This document shows positions 60,045 through 64,000 of a stretch of DNA of 64,000 bases, piece by piece. Source of the DNA: Rhizobiaceae bacterium (GTDB lineage: Bacteria; Pseudomonadota; Alphaproteobacteria; Rhizobiales; Rhizobiaceae); assembly GCA_965140455.1 (NCBI GenBank), contig OZ223237.1, forward strand, positions 1,255,646-1,319,645, read 5' to 3'. A program made the translations under genes and the position numbers. Positions within the stretch are counted from its first letter, which is position 1; every line of letters starts with the position of its first letter. The notes beneath the pieces are model-generated. The model saw only the letters and a list, made by a program, of their open reading frames with translations, did no database searches and was not told where the DNA came from.

Positions 60045-60503
60045 ATGCATCTAGCTGAACTCAACATAGCCCGGCCCAAATATGCCAATGATGATCCGCG
60101 TTTTGCGGACTTCATGAACAATTTGGAGCGCATCAACAATCTTGGTGCATCCATGCCGGGTTTTGTCTGGATTCACAAAGATGACTCTGGCCATGCCATG
60201 AACATGCCAACGCCATGGCCTGATTACGCTGCAAATCTGACCGTATGGGAAACACCGGAAGCTTTTGAGCATTTCGTTTGGAATACCGTGCACAAACACT
60301 TTTACAATCGTAAAACCGAGTGGTTCGAAGCTGCCGAAAACCCTCATTTCGTAATGTGGTGGGTAGAGGAGGGGCATCGACCTACTTTGGATGAAGCCAA
60401 AGAAAGACTGGATTACCTGACCAAACACGGAAACAGTGATCACGCTTTTGACTGGGCCCATTTGCCTCATGTAAAACTGTGGCAACAACAAAGATGCGGG
60501 TAA
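60045..60503 (+). CDS. DUF3291-family protein (nuo-embedded URF)
   Basis: 152 aa. MHLAELNIARPKY..DDPRFADFMNNLERINNLG.SMPGFVW ... LTVWETPEAFEHFVW ... WWVEEGHRPTLDEAKERLDYL matches my memory of DUF3291 proteins. The antisense ORF 60051..60566 is rejected. Confidence 0.7.
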   Translation: MHLAELNIARPKYANDDPRFADFMNNLERINNLGASMPGFVWIHKDDSGHAMNMPTPWPDYAANLTVWETPEAFEHFVWNTVHKHFYNRKTEWFEAAENPHFVMWWVEEGHRPTLDEAKERLDYLTKHGNSDHAFDWAHLPHVKLWQQQRCG

Positions 60504-60517
60504 CAGGAGAAGAGCTA

Positions 60518-61054
60518 ATGGCAAAGAAAACCAAACAAACTGTCTGTTCCGTGAAGATACTGCCACAACTTGAAGGCGTTCTTAAAGAATTGTCAGCATC
60601 TCAGAAGAAAATAGGCAAATTGGCCAAGCAGGTTGAGGCATTAAAAGCTGAATTAAAAGCCGCAAAGTCATGTGAATTGTCGGGCAACAAGAAGAACAAG
60701 ACCAAAAAGAAAAAGGCAGCCACAAAATCCAAGGCAAAAAAATCAAAGTCAGCCAAGAAAAACGCAGATCTAGTTACACTGATGAATTCTATGAATGAAG
60801 CGCGCGAAGGCGCTGCTGATGATCTTGAGTTGATCGCTGGTGTCGGACCTAAACTTGCAGAGACCCTGAACAAGCTGGGGATTTTCTATTATGACCAGAT
60901 TGCAGATTGGACCAAGAAGGATGTGGCCTGGGTAGATCAACATCTGAACTTTCCTGGCAGAATTGTTCGGGAAAACTGGATTGAACAAGCAAAAGCACTC
61001 GCCAAAGGCGGTGTTGAAGAGTATGTGAAGGTATTCGGAAAGGAACCGCGTTAA
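60518..61054 (+). CDS. Basic coiled-coil protein carrying the same 78-aa C-terminal module as NuoE (nuo-embedded URF)
   Basis: ATG 60518 follows AGGAGA (the track starts at GTG 60479). 178 aa. Lys-rich linker KKNKTKKKKAATKSKAKKSKSAKKN, then DDLELIAGVGPKLAE...AKALAKGGVEEYVKVFGKEPR. Confidence 0.7.
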   Translation: MAKKTKQTVCSVKILPQLEGVLKELSASQKKIGKLAKQVEALKAELKAAKSCELSGNKKNKTKKKKAATKSKAKKSKSAKKNADLVTLMNSMNEAREGAADDLELIAGVGPKLAETLNKLGIFYYDQIADWTKKDVAWVDQHLNFPGRIVRENWIEQAKALAKGGVEEYVKVFGKEPR

Positions 61055-61090
61055 AGCTTGCTTTGGTGCGGCACAGGACGGAACGAAAAT

Positions 61091-63184
61091 ATGGCGAAGC
61101 TAATCATTGACGGCAATGAAATCGAGGTGCCGGATCACTATACGATCCTGCAGGCTTGTGAAGAAGCAGGGGCGGAAATTCCACGTTTTTGTTTCCACGA
61201 ACGGCTTTCAATTGCCGGGAACTGCCGCATGTGTCTTGTGGAAGTAAAAGGCGGTCCTCCAAAGCCTCAGGCAAGTTGTGCTCTGGGAGTGAGAGATTGT
61301 CGTCCCGGCCCTAATGGCGAGCCTCCCGAAATCCTCACCAAGTCTCCAATGGTCAAAAAAGCACGTGAAGGGGTCATGGAATTCCTTCTGATCAACCATC
61401 CACTCGACTGTCCGATTTGTGACCAGGGCGGTGAGTGCGACCTTCAGGATCAGGCCATGGCTTACGGGGTCGACAAGAACCGTTTCGCTGAAAACAAAAG
61501 AGCTGTGGAAGATAAGTATATTGGTCCTCTTGTGCGCACCAAGATGACCCGTTGCATTCACTGCACACGTTGCGTTCGCTTCACAACTGAAGTCGCCGGC
61601 ATTTCTGAACTCGGCCTTCTTGGTCGTGGTGAGGACGCGGAGATAACAACTTATCTCGAGACAGCCATGACATCTGAAATGCAGGGCAATGTGATTGACC
61701 TTTGTCCGGTTGGCGCGCTCACATCCAGACCTTATCAGGATACAGCGCGGCCCTGGGAGTTGCGCAAGACTGAGTCTATTGATGTGATGGATGGTCTGGG
61801 TTCCAACATTCGGGTGGATGCGCGCGGCCGCGAAGTGATGCGGATCATGCCTCGCTTGCATGAGGATGTGAACGAAGAGTGGATTTCTGATAAATCAAGG
61901 TTCATCTGGGATGGTTTGCGCAGTCAACGCCTCGACAGGCCCTATGTGCGCAAGTCTGGAAAGTTGAAACCGGCAAGTTGGGATGAGGCTTTCTCTGCTA
62001 TTGCCAAGAAAATCAAAACCACTTCTGCAAACAAGATTGGTGCGGTTGCTGGTGCACTTTCCGGTGTCGAAGAAATGTTCGCACTGAAAGAGCTTCTTTC
62101 AAGCCTTGGCTCAACCAACATGGATTGTCGTGCACCGGGAAGCATTCTCGACCCGAAAAATGGCCGTTCAAGCTACTTGTTCAATGCAACCATCGCCGGA
62201 ATTGAAGAATCCGACGCGCTGCTGATCGTAGGCGCCAATCCAAGACTCGAAGCTGCAGTGCTGAACAGCAGAATTCTGAAACGCGTCAAAATGGGTGATT
62301 ATCCGGTGGGCTTGGTCGGTGAGGCGGTTGATCTGCGTTACGACTATGAAGCACTGGGCGATAACGCAAGCGCTCTGAAGGACTTGGTTTCCGGTAAAAA
62401 CAAATTCGCTGCAAAACTGAAGAAAGCTAAGAAGCCGCTGATCATAGTAGGTCAGGGTGCCCTTAACCGTTCTGACAGTGCAGCTGTTATGGGTCTGACA
62501 GCTGAACTGGCAAAGGCCACTGGCGCAATTTCAAAATCATGGAACGGTTTGTCCGTACTGCACGATACCGCTTCAATGGTCGGCGGTCTGGATCTTGGTT
62601 TTGTTCCAGGTAAAGGCGGAAAGAGCACTTCAGAAATGATGAAGGACATGGATCTGCTCTTCATGCATGGAGCAGATGAGCTCGACATGCAGGCAGTGAA
62701 CGGGTTCATGGTCTACATCGGCACCCACGGTGATGCGGGTGCTCACCGAGCAGATGTAATCTTACCAGCGTCAACTTACACAGAAAAATCAGCGACTTAT
62801 GTGAATACAGAAGGCCGGGTTCAATTGACAAACCGCGCAGCATTTGCACCAGGTGAAGCGAAAGAAGACTGGGCAATTCTCAGAGCCTTGTCAGCGGTAC
62901 TTGGCCAGTCATTGCCATTCGACAACCTGTCTCAGTTGAGAGAGCGGCTTTACGAACAATTCCCGCATTTTGCTGTTCTGGATGAGGTTGCGGAAAGTGG
63001 TGTAAGTAATGTAAATGCTTTTGCCAAATCACTTGGCGCTTCAAATGCAGGTCGGACACTTGCGGCAACAATTTCCAGTCCGGTAAGGGATTATTTCATG
63101 ACCAATCCGATTGCACGCGCATCGAAAGTGATGGCTGAGTGTTCAGCCATGCGAGCTGGTGCTGTGGCTCAGGCTGCGGAATAG
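61091..63184 (+). CDS. nuoG: NADH-quinone oxidoreductase subunit G
   Basis: The track starts at 61058; ATG 61091 gives MAKLIIDGNEIEV. 2Fe-2S CFHERLSIAGNCRMCLVE, HPLDCPICDQGGECDLQD, CIHCTRCVRF, CPVGALT. Confidence 0.96.
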   Translation: MAKLIIDGNEIEVPDHYTILQACEEAGAEIPRFCFHERLSIAGNCRMCLVEVKGGPPKPQASCALGVRDCRPGPNGEPPEILTKSPMVKKAREGVMEFLLINHPLDCPICDQGGECDLQDQAMAYGVDKNRFAENKRAVEDKYIGPLVRTKMTRCIHCTRCVRFTTEVAGISELGLLGRGEDAEITTYLETAMTSEMQGNVIDLCPVGALTSRPYQDTARPWELRKTESIDVMDGLGSNIRVDARGREVMRIMPRLHEDVNEEWISDKSRFIWDGLRSQRLDRPYVRKSGKLKPASWDEAFSAIAKKIKTTSANKIGAVAGALSGVEEMFALKELLSSLGSTNMDCRAPGSILDPKNGRSSYLFNATIAGIEESDALLIVGANPRLEAAVLNSRILKRVKMGDYPVGLVGEAVDLRYDYEALGDNASALKDLVSGKNKFAAKLKKAKKPLIIVGQGALNRSDSAAVMGLTAELAKATGAISKSWNGLSVLHDTASMVGGLDLGFVPGKGGKSTSEMMKDMDLLFMHGADELDMQAVNGFMVYIGTHGDAGAHRADVILPASTYTEKSATYVNTEGRVQLTNRAAFAPGEAKEDWAILRALSAVLGQSLPFDNLSQLRERLYEQFPHFAVLDEVAESGVSNVNAFAKSLGASNAGRTLAATISSPVRDYFMTNPIARASKVMAECSAMRAGAVAQAAE

Positions 63185-63196
63185 GGGGCAGGGACA

Positions 63197-64000
63197 ATGG
63201 AAGCAATAATCTCATACCTTTGGCCCGCAATCATCATATTTGCGCAGAGCTTGCTCCTGCTTGTGGGATTGCTCCTGTTGACTGCGTATATTCTCTACGC
63301 TGACCGGAAAATCTTCGCTGCAGTTCAATTGCGCCGCGGACCAAACGTTATCGGTCCCTGGGGGCTCTTGCAGTCTTTTGCGGATCTGTTGAAATTCGTC
63401 CTGAAAGAGCCTGTAATACCTGCCAGTGCCAGTAAAGCGGTGTTTATTCTTGCACCAATCGTTTCCGCCGTTCTGGCGCTTGCTGCCTGGGCCGTTATTC
63501 CGATTGATCAGGGCTGGGCTATTGCTGATCTCAATTTGGGCATCCTCTTCGTATTCGCCATATCTTCCCTTGAAGTTTACGGCATCATCATGGGTGGCTG
63601 GGCTTCAAACTCAAAATATGCATTCCTTGCGTCTCTTCGTTCAGCCGCGCAGATGGTATCTTATGAAGTCTCCATTGGCTTTGTGATCATTACCGTTCTT
63701 CTGTGTGTTGGCTCATTGAAGATGGATGATATCGTACTGGCACAGCAGTCAGGATTGGGAACTAACTATCTCGGTATGAGCAGCTCGTTCCTCGATTGGC
63801 ACTGGTTACCATTGTTCCCGATGTTCATTGTGTTCTTCATCTCCGCCATCGCAGAGACCAATCGACCACCGTTTGATTTGCCGGAAGCTGAATCAGAACT
63901 CGTGGCCGGTCATATGGTTGAATACTCTTCAACTCTGTTCCTGCTCTTCTTCCTTGGTGAATTCGTTGCCATCCAGTTGATGTGTGCATTGATCACCATT
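63197..64000 (+). CDS. nuoH: NADH-quinone oxidoreductase subunit H (3' end truncated by window edge)
   Basis: Absent from the ORF track because no stop lies inside the window. My translation from ATG 63197 gives [18 protein letters not shown]...[16 protein letters not shown]...[25 protein letters not shown]...[20 protein letters not shown]. The frame is open for 268 codons to position 64000. Confidence 0.93.
   Translation, partial: MEAIISYLWPAIIIFAQSLLLLVGLLLLTAYILYADRKIFAAVQLRRGPNVIGPWGLLQSFADLLKFVLKEPVIPASASKAVFILAPIVSAVLALAAWAVIPIDQGWAIADLNLGILFVFAISSLEVYGIIMGGWASNSKYAFLASLRSAAQMVSYEVSIGFVIITVLLCVGSLKMDDIVLAQQSGLGTNYLGMSSSFLDWHWLPLFPMFIVFFISAIAETNRPPFDLPEAESELVAGHMVEYSSTLFLLFFLGEFVAIQLMCALITI

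Noticed and set aside
1-64000. CRISPR arrays, IS elements, integrases, prophage genes, rRNA.
   Set aside because: I found no regularly spaced direct repeats, no transposase or integrase motifs in any listed ORF, and no rRNA-like sequence. The only RNA genes found are the two tRNAs.

Overview
The window reads as one contiguous chromosomal segment of an alphaproteobacterium. Support for that call: a CckA-like hybrid kinase, a 14-subunit-type nuo operon with separate nuoC and nuoD and interspersed URFs, an extended NuoE, and TRAP plus TTT transporters. All protein calls come from motif recognition in the supplied translations; no database search was possible.

Layout:
- 1-12.6 kb: CckA-like kinase, ICMT-family methyltransferase, two membrane proteins of unknown function, then the deeply conserved tig-clpP-clpX-lon-hupB block with clear rho-independent terminators.
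- 12.6-21.1 kb: qor, then a C1 block of fhs plus a two-subunit NAD-type formate dehydrogenase (fused NuoE/NuoF-like beta, NuoG-like Mo-bisPGD alpha). Two small translationally coupled genes sit between beta and alpha, followed by a RidA-family gene.
- 21.2-27.8 kb: sucC and sucD split by a 1.6 kb two-gene insertion, then ppdK.
- 27.8-34.9 kb: NarL-type two-component system divergent from a TRAP transporter with an enlarged DctQ and a DctM carrying a soluble C-terminal tail of about 335 aa.
- 35-53.5 kb: an accessory-looking mosaic. It holds an AT-rich orphan islet, an NfsA-like nitroreductase, and a six-gene translationally coupled SDH/FRD-like complex (order B-D-C-A) plus a two-subunit Fe-S hydro-lyase with a LysR regulator. 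It also holds a GFA-family gene, then LacI + TctCBA + acylating aldehyde dehydrogenase + acyl-CoA ligase + two divergent TauE/SafE-family genes.
- 53.5-64 kb: tRNA-Val(TAC) and tRNA-Asp(GTC) on the minus strand, then nuoA-B-C-D-[lipoprotein]-E-F-[3 URFs]-G-H. nuoH runs off the window end and is missing from the ORF track because it has no stop.

I saw no CRISPR array, rRNA, transposase or integrase.

Best candidates for something new:
- the SDH-like/hydro-lyase operon, whose flavoprotein lacks the flavinylation histidine;
- the SauS/SauT-like carboxylate-reduction locus with a TTT importer and TauE paralogues;
- the TRAP permease with a long coiled-coil tail;
- a conserved 78-aa C-terminal module shared by NuoE and a stand-alone protein embedded between nuoF and nuoG.
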